Shown here piece by piece: positions 1-13,143 of a stretch of DNA of 64,000 bases. The notes under the pieces were generated by a model. It was not told where the DNA came from, made no database searches, and saw only the letters and a program-made list of their open reading frames with translations. The position numbers and the translations under genes were made by a program. Source of the stretch: Balanoglossus misakiensis (taxonomy: Eukaryota; Animalia; Hemichordata); NCBI GenBank assembly GCA_040954595.2, contig CM082587.2, forward strand, positions 4,730,093-4,794,092. Direction: 5' to 3'. The first letter of the stretch is position 1. Every line of letters starts with the position of its first letter.

Positions 1-242
1 TGCGACCAACTTTGATTGATACCTCCGGCATGCATCGTTTCAGTACTCCTTCATCGTTCATTGTTTCGCGATAAAAGATTTGCAAACACAACAGAGTGGA
101 ACTGCACCGGTTCTCGGTAATCAACTACTGAGCCGTCCGCCGATTTCAGAAAGACTGCACTTAACAACCTCAACCAAGGGTGTCGATAGTGTTTCTCGCC
201 TTCCATGTCTTAAATGGGAAACATCTGAAATACAGATCTTAC

Positions 243-299
243 CTTGCTCAGAGTAATGGACAGATACAATAAAACCAAACAACAACGAATCACTTCCAT
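243..299 (-). CDS. Candidate first exon A encoding a signal peptide (MEVIRCCLVLLYLSITLSK); rest of gene lies left of the window
   Basis: ATG at 299, 19 codons with a hydrophobic core, phase-0 donor AAG|GTAAGA; two similar exons lie further upstream. Confidence 0.55.
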
Positions 300-1319
300 A
301 GTGGTCTTTGTCGAAATTTTGGCCGATGTTCCGTCACACACTTATAGGGCCCGTATTTGTGTGATCAGTCCTTTTGTTCAGAATCCGCGTATAAGAATGA
401 ATGCGGTATGTTTTAGTACGCAAGAGATGATTTCAGTAATTGTATTTTTGTAGATTATCGAAGTCCTACCCCCACAAACGAATACATAATTACATTAGTT
501 GTGCAGTGATCACGTGACAGGCATTTCCACGAACCTTCGAAAAAAAAACAATTTTGTCAAATCTTGATAAACCCTCCATTAATGTACTTTTGATGTATGC
601 GCCCAAAGTCATATTTAGATAGTTTTGACGATTCTACAGGCTTGTTCAGGGAGAGTGTCATGGCTTCGAGGGTTGTGGGTACGGTACGTGTGCTGTCAAA
701 CGTACGCGGGGTGTCAGAGTTGTCAAATGCGACTACGAGAGTTGTGAAAGTGCGATTCCAAATAAACAACGGGAGGTCGTGAGATGAAAATGCGGGTACA
801 CTGACCTTGATAAATCGCCATCTAATTACAAATTATCGTCTTTAGTAGGAAAGTACGCCATTGACTTCGATTGTCAAATTACGTTCAAAAGGTCCAGTGT
901 CGCTCAAAGCACAAAGGTGTGTTCTTCTCTTGTTATTCCGATAATTTACAGTTAAACATGTTGGCTTATAGCCGATCCAAGTTAAGTGGACAATGTACTT
1001 GGCCCCTGAGAGAGCGCGTTTTGATTACAAATTAAAGGAGTATTAAGATGGCAAACAGGCAATTGTCATTCTCGATTTTTACTGTAAAAAGGATGATATC
1101 GCATCTATGACCAGTCACCTCTTCAATCAGATTTGGTTGTGATAGCCCGGCCGCAAAATTCCCGTTCCGCACAAGTAACGCGCATTGCACTAATCGTCCG
1201 ATGAGTTACCGTTCTCACAAGAGTTCAGTCATCATGTATCCGGCAGCGTCCATGCAAATGACCAGCATCAGTAGTAAGCGCTTGCATTAATTAAGGAAAG
1301 TCTAAAATCCAAGTCTTAC

Positions 1320-1385
1320 CTTGCACGGGGCAAATAACAAACTCAGCTGGAGCAGAATTAAACCAAATATTGCACGTTTACCCAT
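1320..1385 (-). CDS. Candidate first exon B encoding a signal peptide (MGKRAIFGLILLQLSLLFAPCK)
   Basis: ATG at 1385, 22 codons, basic n-region then Leu-rich h-region, phase-0 donor AAG|GTAAGA. Confidence 0.6.
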
Positions 1386-4357
1386 GCTAATTTCTGCCCA
1401 TGTTCATCTTTGAAATCATTCCCAGGCCCGACTTTGCGCAGACTTTATAGAGCGACAGGTTAGTCTGCAATAATAGTCGCAGGTGGTAAATTATGGAATG
1501 TACGGTCGAATAGGCTGACGAAAATACCCCTGGGTGTTATTTGAAGAGCGCATTGAGAGACCATCTTTGCAGTAATACCTTGCTATTTGTTACATATTTC
1601 ACGCAAGTGGGTATTAACGAAAGCACACGCCTCCAGATATGTTGTTCACAAGTGCTTTGATAGATTTTTTTCGCTCGAAGGAATAACGCACTCTCCATTC
1701 GACATATCATTCACAAAATGTTGTTGCCGAATATTGGTCAACCCACGTATGTAGAGCCAACAAAAGCACTTATGTTGTTTTGAGATTACAGTTTTTCGAG
1801 GAATAGTATATTTTGTACATTTTTGCCAAAGGGTCTATTCGTAAGATAATAATTACCGCTTTCTCTGCTTCGTATCGCACAAAGCTCGACCGATTCTTTG
1901 TAAGCTATATTTGTGACACCATAGTGCATTTTATTCGAGTTGTGTTGCCCGCCCCCCTCCCCCTCTCCCCCGTTCATCCCAAAGTATACGGTAAACCTGA
2001 TATGACACAATTGGTACCGGCATAGTCGTCGTAGAACGTTTTTGGCAAAACTTAAAGTTTGTCAAGTCTTGAAGTCTGCCGAAGGGGAGGGGGCGATTTC
2101 CGGCATGGCATGAGACAGACACGCGCATATATCGTGACGGATTGATTCCTGGATTTTCACCGCACGGTTTCGCGGAAAATGCCACGGTCGCGTGTTGCTC
2201 ATTTGCATACTTGTCACATAATCACATTGTTTGATACTAAGAAAATATCCCCTTAACGATTCCAGGTGTGTTTACATGCAGCGTGGGTGTGATCAAATTC
2301 ATTAATAATAAATTTCCATTACACTGACTAATGCTAATTTGCCTCCATGCATAGTCTAAGCAATTAAGCTAATTGGATTTCGGGCGTATTGTAAAGGCCA
2401 CGCCTAAGCTTACATCTCGCAACTCATCGCACGCTTTCTACCAGCAACGCTTGAAATACACCCTATCTATTGTTAATGATCAATTGACTGTCAAATTATG
2501 ACCAAATGAGATTTTAACTATGAAAACACTGGTCTAAAATTGCTTAGTTTGAAATTGTCATTTGCGTGTTTTATCATAGTTTTACAATGATTAAGAAGGT
2601 AGTTAAAGAGCCTACAATCCCGCAAAAACACGATTAAAAAACTAATTGCCAATTCATGATAAAATACACGTATATAAATCTATTACAAAAATAAAGGCAA
2701 AATAAGCAAGAATATTGAATGCAGCTAAATACAAAATCATAATAGTGATAAAGATGACGTAATCAAGCGATGGTAACATATTGATAAAATGGCATAAAAT
2801 AAACAATCGATGATCATCAAGACATCATTATGGTGAAATTGAACAAAATTATTGCGTATGTAACTATTTTTGTTTCGGTGGTGATCTAACCGCACAAACG
2901 GGAATTTATGTTTTGCTGTGTTGCTTCACAATTAAAATGCCAGGGGTTGTTGCAGCGTTTGAAACGCGTACGCTAAGTTCGTTGTCAGAATAAACCAACA
3001 GAATATGCGACAGAGACAGATATTCGCCTTTTTTCACATTTATCTTGTCTTGTCAGACCATGGTTGTACCACGTGCCCCAGCCTATAGACCTAAACTGCA
3101 GCCTATCACCAAATCTTGGAAGTCTAACCGAAGATTTCATCAGAATCTTCAGCAGTTATAATTCAATTAACAGATTAATTCCCAGAATCGGGCACGTTCT
3201 TCCAACAAGGCCACAACACTGATAAGAACGTGAATTATTCAAAATAATCACCTTCAACCAAAACTGCCGCAAGGAAATTTTAGAGTTTGTGTTTTGTGGG
3301 GTGTTCGCGAGATAACGCGAGGCTATTGTTGGGATTCTACGTGATTTGGGTAACCCCCAGCACTCTTACATCTGAATCAGCACACCTTTCCTGCGGCGAG
3401 TGTTGGGGAGATAATGGCAGCCCCACTGTTTACCAGCATATCAGAGCAACCAGCATCTTCTGCACAGCAACAGTTCAACCAGACCGCGATCTATGACTTC
3501 AGTGATTGCTACACGCCATGCGGTCGATCAAAACGACGCCAACAAACTAACTATTTCTTTTTCATTGCCAGTCGTTAGCCAAGGACTTAGTTCAAGTCCG
3601 TGATTTGTGTTTTTTGTTTCCATTTGGGACATTGTAAGTCAGGCGTTAAACTGTGTGTGATGCTCCTAAAAAAGTGATTTTCATGGTTTCAGGGAATCGT
3701 GGAAATTTTACCGTTGTGAGTCGAGCTTGGGAACTCATCATGCGGGCAACTAACCCCTATTTATACAGAAATCCGGTACCCTGAAAAAACAACTGAATCA
3801 TCTACAGCATACCAAGGCTACCTGCGTGGGGTATGTGACTATGGGGGCTCAATGTTGGATGTTTGTGCCAAATTGAATTTGCCCGCATAACGAGTTCTCT
3901 AGGGCACACAGCCCATTCTAACAATAGAAATCCACAAGATCAATAGGATTAATTTTCCCCACTTAATCATATTTAAACACCATTAGCGTTACATTTTTGA
4001 ATGACAACTCTGCGCACTTTCTTCCGTTATGGCAGATGAAAAGCAATCACAATCTCCATGATATGGTACACACGATATTACAGAATCATTCACGCTATAT
4101 TTGATCTCTAAAAAGGCCACTGGCTTATTTAAATGCTAATTAATCTCTAATTAGCCAATTGCACAGTGAAATGTGGCAGATGAGTCGGAGGGTGAAGAAC
4201 AATTACATTACAGGCCAACTGCCGCACACACGACGCAGCCGTCACGTCACGTAAATAGAATTCTCGCTTTCGCGGAAATAAATGTGGAAACGCACACTTA
4301 GAGTACACCGGAGAGTGCGGAGAATGGGATCGATCGGTGATAACGATATCGGTGTTA

Positions 4358-5090
4358 GGCTGCATTCACAAACACCTCTGGAGGGGGGGGGGCAGGAGAA
4401 TTGAGGGGGGGGGATTTGAAAAAATTGAGGGTATGTAAGGGGGGGGATTTGAAATAATTTAGGGACTGAAAGGGGGGGACTTGAAAACTTTGACGACTAA
4501 ATATTTATTTTGAGTCCACAAACATGCAGTTTCGCGCCCTTTATTTTACACCCACCCCCTCCATTCATCAACACCTTTCAATCATTGACTGGTTTATCTA
4601 GTGTCCCAGGTCAGGGGACTTGCCCCCACCCCATGATAACTTTGAGCGGCGACGTTAATTTGCTTTTGCCGGGTTCATTAAAATGCAGCTTTGAGCTCTG
4701 TATTTTATAAAATTTTCTTACGTGGGAGGGGGCCACCCCCTCCCAAACCCACCCCCTTCAATTCTCGGTTTACAATGTCTCCCAACACAGAATAAAAAGA
4801 CTTCAAAAATAAAAACAATGTTCAGTTTTACTACCCACAGATGAGGGGAAACATCGGTTTCAAATTCTTTTCATGGGAGCGCTGTTTTTCTTTTTTTTAC
4901 AAGATATATAGGTGACGTGTTTTGCTCTGTGAAAGAAAATGGGGGGGGATTTCAAAATTTTGGCAGTTCGGAAGGGGGGGATTTGAAAATATTTCGGGTT
5001 GTATAGGGGGGCATGTGAAAATTAGCGGTAAAAAAAATTGAATTCTCCCGCCCCCCCCCCCCCCCTCCAGAGGTGTTTGTGAATGCAGCC
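4358..5090. mobile_element. Non-autonomous DNA transposon (MITE), PIF/Harbinger (Tourist)-like
   Basis: ~45-bp terminal inverted repeats GGCTGCATTCACAAACACCTCTGGAG-G(n) / C(n)-CTCCAGAGGTGTTTGTGAATGCAGCC, TTA on both flanks (4355-4357, 5091-5093), no ORF, internal GGGGGGATTTGAAA-type repeats. Confidence 0.85.
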
Positions 5091-5575
5091 TTACACTTAA
5101 TGATTTCGTCTTGTCATTATTCTAATGGTTTTTCATTGTTGACGTGACAGGCAACTGTTGAAACTCGAGCAGGGAGAAGTGCAGTTGCTTACCAACTCAG
5201 TCATTTAACGTCAATGTGAAAAATTTCACGTTCTGTACGGGCTCATGTTGCGTCAACACTCGAGTACCTACGCAGCTTTCGCCGTGTATCACAGCTGCAG
5301 CGCGCACTGTCGGTATCAATATCACAAATTACGTACACTCAGAGAACCCTACTTACTGGGCATTACCCGATGCGCCATCGCTACGAATTAGGCCCAATTG
5401 TCTAAACTCGTTCGGGCCGTGCATCACAATGCTGATGGTGGAAATACCATTCATTGAACGCGCCAACGGGCCGAAGAGCGCAACTTCCCCCCCCCCCCCC
5501 CCCCACGCTCAGTGTAATGTCACACCATTACAGGGCCTGATCTCGGTGGGTAAATTACAACAAGACGGATCTTAC

Positions 5576-5644
5576 CTCGTATGAAGGCAGCCACAAACAC
5601 AGCAGAACAAGGCATAAACGGTAGCGGACTTGTCCCGTCCCCAT
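5576..5644 (-). CDS. Candidate first exon C encoding a signal peptide (MGTGQVRYRLCLVLLCLWLPSYE)
   Basis: ATG at 5644, 23 codons, phase-0 donor GAG|GTAAGA, shares CLVLL core with exon A. Confidence 0.55.
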
Positions 5645-6328
5645 TGCAGCAACAAGTTATCTTTCTCAAAGTGAATTCATCCGTATCCAGTGGTTCGGTC
5701 GGCTTTCAATGTTAATTTAGTTAAAACCAAGTTATGTAACAACAAATTAAAGCCAATATTAAGGTTATTCTAATTCGAGTAATTAGTCCGAATGTTGCAC
5801 CATATCAGCGGGAAGCGTATGGTTCGTGAAATTTAACGGCACATTCATTCATTCCTACATTGATTAACTGCGTTATTATCTGAAACAGACGGCATTCTTT
5901 TGTGATCGAACTGATTCTTTTGACAGGATATAATATGTTTCCTGCTCTAATGGAACTCAATTTCTCTTCAAACGGATATTGCTGCTATCATACAGTTTAT
6001 CGCCTCTGCAGACACGAGAGGATGAAAATATAGCAAAACACGACACCATAGGCCAATACACAATAGCTCAGTCAATACTGCAATAGTGTAGATGCGTGTG
6101 GCGGAGTTAAGTTTTATAGTTCAACGTGCGCCGTGCGGTGGCGTGTTATGAAACCAGACACTGAAAACTCGATGCATAGGCCTAGGGGCGTTTAGTTTAC
6201 TGTAACTTTCGTCGACAGGCACTCGGTCTATAAGTACGGGCATGTAGTCCATGTGGAAATGGGGTGCGCAGTGGTTCACGGGAGAAGGCGCTCGCATGAT
6301 TCGCGATCTCGATGCGGGCGCTGTTCAA

Positions 6329-6340
6329 CAAAATGGCGGC
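6329..6340 (+). promoter_or_regulatory. YY1-type motif upstream of ZGPAT
   Basis: CAAAATGGCGGC in a CpG-rich stretch ~110 bp before the ZGPAT ATG. Confidence 0.5.
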
Positions 6341-6444
6341 GCCCATGTCAAATGAGAACCTTTGATTGTGTTCAGTTGATATTGGTATATATTTCCCATT
6401 ATTCTTGTTTAGACAGTTGCTAATGGCATTGCATTGAATTTACT

Positions 6445-9400
6445 ATGGATGAACAACAGATTGAAACGTCACTAGCTACTTATAAACAGCAGGTATGTGT
6501 GGTGATACTATCTTTATGCTACCATAGCAGTGATACATGTGATACTGATAGCATTAGCACGACGCCATCGATATTGACATGTACATGTATGCAATGCACT
6601 GTATCGGGCTCAACAGTCTGAAAAAATGTCTTGTGTACAGTTTGATAACGCACACAAGAACCAGACATTTCAAACCCTCTCTTTATTTCACCTTTGTATA
6701 TACGCAGCTGAATCAGGTGGAACAGGTTCTACAGAGTGCAGGCAGTGAGGGACAGGATGACCTGGTACAACTGAAGAATGATTTGACGGAGTTAGTGCAG
6801 CTAACTGAAGGTATGTTGTGTGAGAGAGCACGTGATGACAGCTCGTTATTTTGAAAGTGAAATACTTCAACTGAGACTGAAGTCACTCTGCGTTTTGTGC
6901 CTATTTAAAAGCCAAAATGTGAATGTAGTTTCAGTTTCATCATCTTTTATTGTGCTTTTCCCCCCTCCTTCAAATTCTGTCGTTCATTCAGCAAGTCTGT
7001 TGTCGGTGAAGAAAAGCAAGCTGATGAGTCTCCTTGACAACTACGAAACTGGCAGTGTCGGTCAGCAGGCTGGCCACAGTGGCACTGGTCAAGGAGTTTT
7101 CACAGATGGAAACAGTGATGCAGAAGATGAAGATGAGACTGCGGATGATGATGATGATGAGGATGATGATGATGAGGATGAACTTCAGGAACTGATCGGT
7201 ACAAAGTGTCGAGTGCCGTACCATCCAGGCTGGGGCGCAGTTCACTATCACAATGCAGTTATACTTCATGTAGAATCAGTAGCAGAGACAGATGATGAAC
7301 AGGTATGTACAGTTTTCTTTTGGGCAAGTCATGTTATGCTGTTTCTGAAGATGTCAAAACACTTCTGTCTATTTATTCACTGAACAACTTAATTTTATCT
7401 TCATTATTCCAGTCGCAGGTACGAGTGTTGTTCTGCAATCCAACAGACAGGTCAATGCTGCCATGTCCATACTTTCTAGATGGCAAGTGCAGATTTGAAG
7501 AAAACTGCAGGTGTGTTACCTCTGACTTGTTTCATAATTTTGCAGTATCTTGTGCATTTATCAGTAATGTCACAATTGCATGATTATCAACCTCTCTCAT
7601 ATATACATGTATGATTCATTTGTAGGTTTTCTCACGGCTATATTGTAAATGTAGATGATATTGAACCTTTCAAAAATCCAGATTTCAGGTGAGTACTGAT
7701 CATTACATGTAAAAGATGTATTAGTCATATCAAGATTTTGAACAAAAGGCAAAAATTTGAATCTAGTAAAAGACAGTATGTATAAAAGTTGTTGCCTCAT
7801 CTCCAATATCATAAAAATGACTCCATTGATTCCTGTATAGCATTAAACTTACCCAAACATTTTTTCTCTATCTCTAGTTTACTTACTTCAGGTAGCAGGT
7901 GCCTAGCTCTACAGGAGAATGGTATTTGGTGGAAGGGAAAAATTGAAACTGTCGACTCAGAGGCTCATCTCTACTGTGTCCAAATCGGTTCATCCAATCA
8001 GATTGTCACTCTGGGTATCGACGCACTTTTGCCAATAGGTAAGCGAGGGTGGAAAGATGAGGGGAAAGCCACTGTGCATGGAGTAGGTTAATTAACCCTT
8101 CCACCCCTCAGGTCCCTCTTAAGAGGTCCAACTTTACCTTTCAATTTTCAGAAGAAGATGATTCAGATAGTGATGAGGACATCTCACACCATGACGACGA
8201 CGACGATGATGAGGAAGACGAGGAGAATGTGGAGACAGAATGGAAGGCAACGGGAGCCAACAGAGCACTGGGAGACTGGGAGGCACATACAAGGGGCATT
8301 GGTTCCAAGCTTATGGCCAAGATGGGATACAAAGTGGGGTAAGTGAGTGGGTAGTGCCTCTCTTTTTTTGTGAGAAACCCCAAATCTTCATTGACATAAT
8401 TTCTGGCAAATGAATGTGACTGGTATTTTGTTTGATCATAGATCATGCAACTACGGCTGCCGCCCATGACTAAGTGAAAAACTGATGACTGACTCTGTGA
8501 TATGCGTTTTTTTTTTTTTTTTGCTCAGGGAAGGTCTCGGCAAGCGCAGTCAGGGGAGAGTAGAGCCCGTTGAAGCAGTTCTTTTACCGGCAGGTAAGTT
8601 GAGTTGAGCTGAATTAAATGCACTGCACTGTTTCCAAGGCAGGGTGTTGTACCATTGACAGACTGTCACTTTTCTCTCTGGGGTTAGGGGGGGGGGGGTC
8701 GGTTTTTGTTGCCATAGCACTGGACACAAGAGGCCTTAGAGTCAGGTTTTGACTGCAGTGAGATGCGTAGCACAGTCCAAGCCCTGGTCCATATCTGCAA
8801 CTTACTGTGAGGTGTGGCTTGGCATGGGCCAGTATGTAAATAATGCAACAAAGATACCTGCAGAACATACAGATATATTCTGGTCACTGATTTTTTAGGC
8901 AGATCGCTGGATGTGTGTGCTGAACTGAAAGAAAAGAAGAAACTTGGAATCCTGAAGACAATGAAGAAAAAGAAGAGGAAAATGGTGAAAAGACTTGGAA
9001 ACAATCACGAGAGGAGGGCTCATAATGTGTTTGATTTCCTCAATAGAAAGTTGGGTGGTGAAAGTGGTAAGATATATATTGTAGTTATCTGACTCTGCAT
9101 ATATGTACATGGTTTCTGTGAAATCACATATACAGATATCCTCACAAATAATATGCCTACAACTCATAGTTGTGATTGAGGTGATTTTAGCATGGTCACC
9201 GTAAGAATAGTACAGCCAGTTGTTTTCATTTCAGCAAATACAGATATACAGCTGAGTAAAGATTCCAGTACAAGGAATCGAAATGAACAATCAGACGATG
9301 AGAAAGAAAGTAAAAAGTCCAGCAGAAATCTGAATATTCAGGTGAGATGGAGTGTGTTGATCTTACCATATTATTTCATCCCAGACATCCACCACATAAA

Positions 9401-9898
9401 AATAAAGTTGGGTTTCTTACATTGGACACATATGATCACAGTTTTCAAATCTGGGACAAAATTTGTTTTGTTTCAGCTGATGAAAACACATGAAGATATA
9501 AAGAGTCTGGAAAGGGATCTTGCAAGATTGAAAGAAGCAAGGCTGAGAAATGTGGGAAAGTGAGTAGTGTTTCATGTAAATCTGGTGACGGCGTGTGCTG
9601 TCCATGGAACAATTCTCCCAGTATTGTGTAGACCAGCTGTCAAGTTTGTGTAGACCAGGGGGTTTGACATTCTCAGATGCAAGTTACATTTACGTACACG
9701 TACTCTATTGTTCCGTTGTGTGCAGGTTTTTTGTAAACACTTGATTTTTACACTTTCAGAGACAAAGCCATGACAGCGCACGTCGACGAGAAAATAGCAG
9801 CGACTGAACAATTAATGGTGTCCCTCAGCGAGAGGGAGAAAAAAATTACCAAGCAACAACACACAAGGAAGGAACACCGAAAATTAACTATATTTTAG
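6445..9898 (+). CDS. ZGPAT: Zinc finger CCCH-type with G-patch domain protein (about 12 exons)
   Basis: N-terminus MDEQQIETSLATYKQQ|LNQVEQVL...LKNDLTELVQLTE|ASLLSVKKS; CCCH finger CPYFLDGKCRFEENCR|FSHG; Tudor-like segment; G-patch WEAHTRGIGSKLMAKMGYKVG|EGLGKRSQGRVEPVEA; C-terminus HRKLTIF*; GT-AG junctions keep frame. Confidence 0.95.
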
Positions 9899-10385
9899 AG
9901 TACAAGGGAGGCCATTTTCTTTTTTTTTCAGGGGGGGGGGGGTGACTGTTCGGATTTTGCAAATACTTGCACGTAAGATCCAGAGTCAAATATTGTGTGT
10001 TTACTTCTGTGTGTTGGATAAGCTGATGTCAAGTCCAGATATATGGACTTCCAGCAAAAACGACCAGGATGTGTTATAAAAAAATGTAACATTTATTCCA
10101 AATCTGTGTAGTCACCGATAAAAAGTTCTGCTATACAGTACGAATGGAATCAAGTGTAAAAATCATTGTCACCGACAAAAAAACTATTACAGGCTACTGC
10201 CTAGTACATTCTTGCCAGCTGTTCTCATCAGCAATTGGCCGCTCTGCTTATTTTAATAGATGCATAGTGTATCATTTTCGTCCATCGCGAACTTCGACAA
10301 ACGTGTATTTTCTCACGGGAGGTGATGAAGTCCCACCCCTCCGCTCTACCTTCGAAAGTTTTAAGAATTGAAAATCGTTCCTCCG

Positions 10386-12946
10386 CTAGTCCGAACCTTC
10401 TTTGATGACGGGTCGCATCTTGATTTCCGTTCGCTTCAGCGAGTACTTCATGTCCAGCCAGTCGTACCAGACGATCCCGCGACCCCACGCGTTGTTCGGT
10501 CCGCGGAGGTACTGGCCGTTCAGGTTGGACATGCTGCAGCTGCTGAACCACCAGGCGCCGGTGAAGCGCTGGGCGCAGTTGTGGTTGCCGCTGCGGTCGT
10601 TGTCGTTGTCCCGGGTGGTGAACTGTCTGCCTTTGTCGAATTTCATGGCGTCGCCTGCAACGATCAGGGAGAGGTGTGATATCAAAGGTGGATGAACAAA
10701 CTCCTGAGTCCGACTCATTTGCGAAATGTTCACATATAACCCTATAGTGTCCACCCCCATCACGAATCTGTAGCCCTCGCGTTTCTACGGGCCATCGTTA
10801 ATTGTGAATGATTCATTAGTAAAATGACCTCACCTGCATCTCCGCTATAGGACCCCAGTGTCAGTCTGTATTTGTCGCCCTCATCGCTGATGGCAAAATC
10901 ATCGTACTTGGCGTATCTCGTTTCATTTTCAAAGTTCTCCAAATCCACCCTGAGTTCGTACTGACGGCCCTGGTTGGTCAGACGGTGAATCTTGTCGTTG
11001 CCCAGCCAGAACTCTCCGTTCAGATCTCCGAATCCGTTCTTGTAGTCGTCCCAAGATCGATAGAAATCTTCAGACCCGTCCTGCCTTCTTTGCACGATCT
11101 GTAAGCACACGTGCTCCTTGTCAAAATGTGAACTTACACGAGATAAACTAGTATTTCGTATGTACTGTATAAGGGCGATTTGGTTGCAAAAACGGGGAAA
11201 ACTGAGTAATAAAACGTACACAACAAAAACTAAAAAACTTCAAAGTTCATTTCGGGTCAAGAACATTCATCTTGTTCAGTTGTCACGTGCAATTGCTTGT
11301 CAACAAGTTCAACTGAACGGTTCACGAACACTTTATGCTTATACGTGTACCACGTCCCCATTAAAGTACACCAGCTTACCGTCCAACCTCCTGAATCCGT
11401 TTGCATGTCACAATAGACTTGGAACGGTTTGGTATCGTTGTGAGACTGAATCGTGTACACACCACTCCGCTGTACGTCACGGCAATCCTCGACGCTTTCG
11501 TAAACCTTTCCTGTGAGAGAAAGTAAAACGGATCGGTTATAGGGGGTGTACGTGTAGACTAGTCCTCAACACAAGCACTGTTAGAAAAAAAGTGAAAAGC
11601 GGGGAATTAAATGATACTTTTGAACTGAAATATCCCAAGTGTTACCTGTATATGTCGCCTTACCTTCGACAGTTGTCGTTACTGGTAATACTGCAGCAGC
11701 AGTCGGGATAACTCTTTGAACACCTTTCGTCGCGGACTCGCAATTCCCACGTCTTAGTTCTTCCATGGCCGAGTTCAGCTCCTCAACTAGTGTAGCATAT
11801 CTGTCATTATCTTTCTGGAGTTCGACTATCTGGCTTTCCCGCTCCGACATCTGACCTTGGAGATGTCGCACATGGGTTCGAAGTTCTTCGGAACTGCCTG
11901 TCTCTTTGCGCAGCGCTTCTTTTGTGTCATTTAACTCTGGAATTAATTAAAACGACTACATTTGATGTACATAAATTCGAGAACATGGCAAATGTTATCT
12001 CATAATTTGTTTCAGAGAGCAGAAAATGACTAAATCAGGCTTGTGGCATCAAAGAAAGACTGCTAGATACATTTTCGGCAGTTTTCATTTAGCAGTACAT
12101 ATACTGTATTGTATTTTTACAAATACATCTTGCCAGTGATGAGTTGCTTTTTTTTCTTGTGACAAAATACTTATCCCGAGTTTCAGTCTTACCATTCAGG
12201 CAGCCGTTGACGTCATTTTGAAATTCTGTTGCTTGATTGGTCAATATGTGCAGCGTGTTGCGGAGTCTGTCTATTTCTGCCTGATGTCTGTGGTTATTGG
12301 TGTGAAGCCTGGCCTCCTCTCTTCGCCTCCCTCTCTCGCCTTCTTCCACCTGGTTTCTGTTCTGCACTTTAATCATCTGCTCCATGAAGTCATACTTTTC
12401 CGTTTCCAGGGCGTGCTTCTGACGCTCCAGCTCGTCGGCCCGCGCCAGGAGTTGCAGGATCATCGACTTCAGCCGTTCGTTTTCCCCGCCGAGGCCGAGT
12501 ATCCACTGGCGCAGCTCGCTGACCGTGTCGTCGGCGACGCAGATGTCGCTGACCGCGGTGCAGATCTCCGGGCAGTCGTCGCCGCTTTCGTTGGGGCCGA
12601 TCGGCTGCGAGAACACGTAGGTGCAGCTGTCGCCGTGCTTGAAGACCGATGCCTGGTCTTTCCGGCTGCCGCAGTGAGAGATCTTTGTCTGCAGTTGCAG
12701 TATCAGGTCATTCACAGCGCTGTCGTCCCAGCACAATTGTTCGTAGGTCTCACAAAGCTCGCGGCAATCCTCGCCTCTGATATGCGGGATCAACAAAGTA
12801 TAAACGCACCGGTCCCCTTGTCTCAGTACGCCATGTTGGCCCTCGAATTCAGCTGCTGTCGCCAGCAATGTGCAAACACACAGTACCATGTACACAAACA
12901 TAGAGCAATAACAAGTCCGGAGATAAGGTAAACCCCGCAACGCCAT
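10386..12946 (-). CDS. Secreted fibrinogen-related (angiopoietin-like) protein, paralog 1; exons ~12946-12193, 11936-11664, 11511-11380, 11098-10834, 10654-10386
   Basis: Signal peptide, two CxYxF/L motifs, coiled coil, fibrinogen C-terminal domain motifs VYCDMQTDSGGWT, QRRQDGSEDFYRSWDDYKNGFGDLNGEFWLGNDKIH, FTTRDNDND, GAWWFSSCSMSNLNG. Confidence 0.93.
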
Positions 12947-13125
12947 TTCAACAGGTGGCTACTAGATTTTTCGACGTTAACTTGGATCTATGGGACTTCG
13001 TGATTATATGACCCTCTTTGCTTACGCGCAAGAAGACTTTGTCATCGGAATGACACGACGAAACGTGATGTGTTGACTTCTTGGTGGCACAGTCTTATTA
13101 TGCAAATGCGATAAATCGGTGAATA

Positions 13126-13143
13126 AGTGACGTATAAGGTCAT
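13126..13143. promoter_or_regulatory. Upstream element shared with fibrinogen-related paralog 2 (TGACG + AAGGTCA half-sites)
   Basis: AGTGACGTATAAGGTCAT, 17/18 identical to 20955-20972, 180 bp upstream of the ATG. Confidence 0.55.

Noticed and set aside
3050-3580. Fragments reminiscent of a decayed Crypton/DUF3504 C-terminus (LSDHG.VP, HQNLQ..YNS, FNQTAIYDFSDC)
   Set aside because: Needs several frameshifts; similarity too weak to support without a profile search
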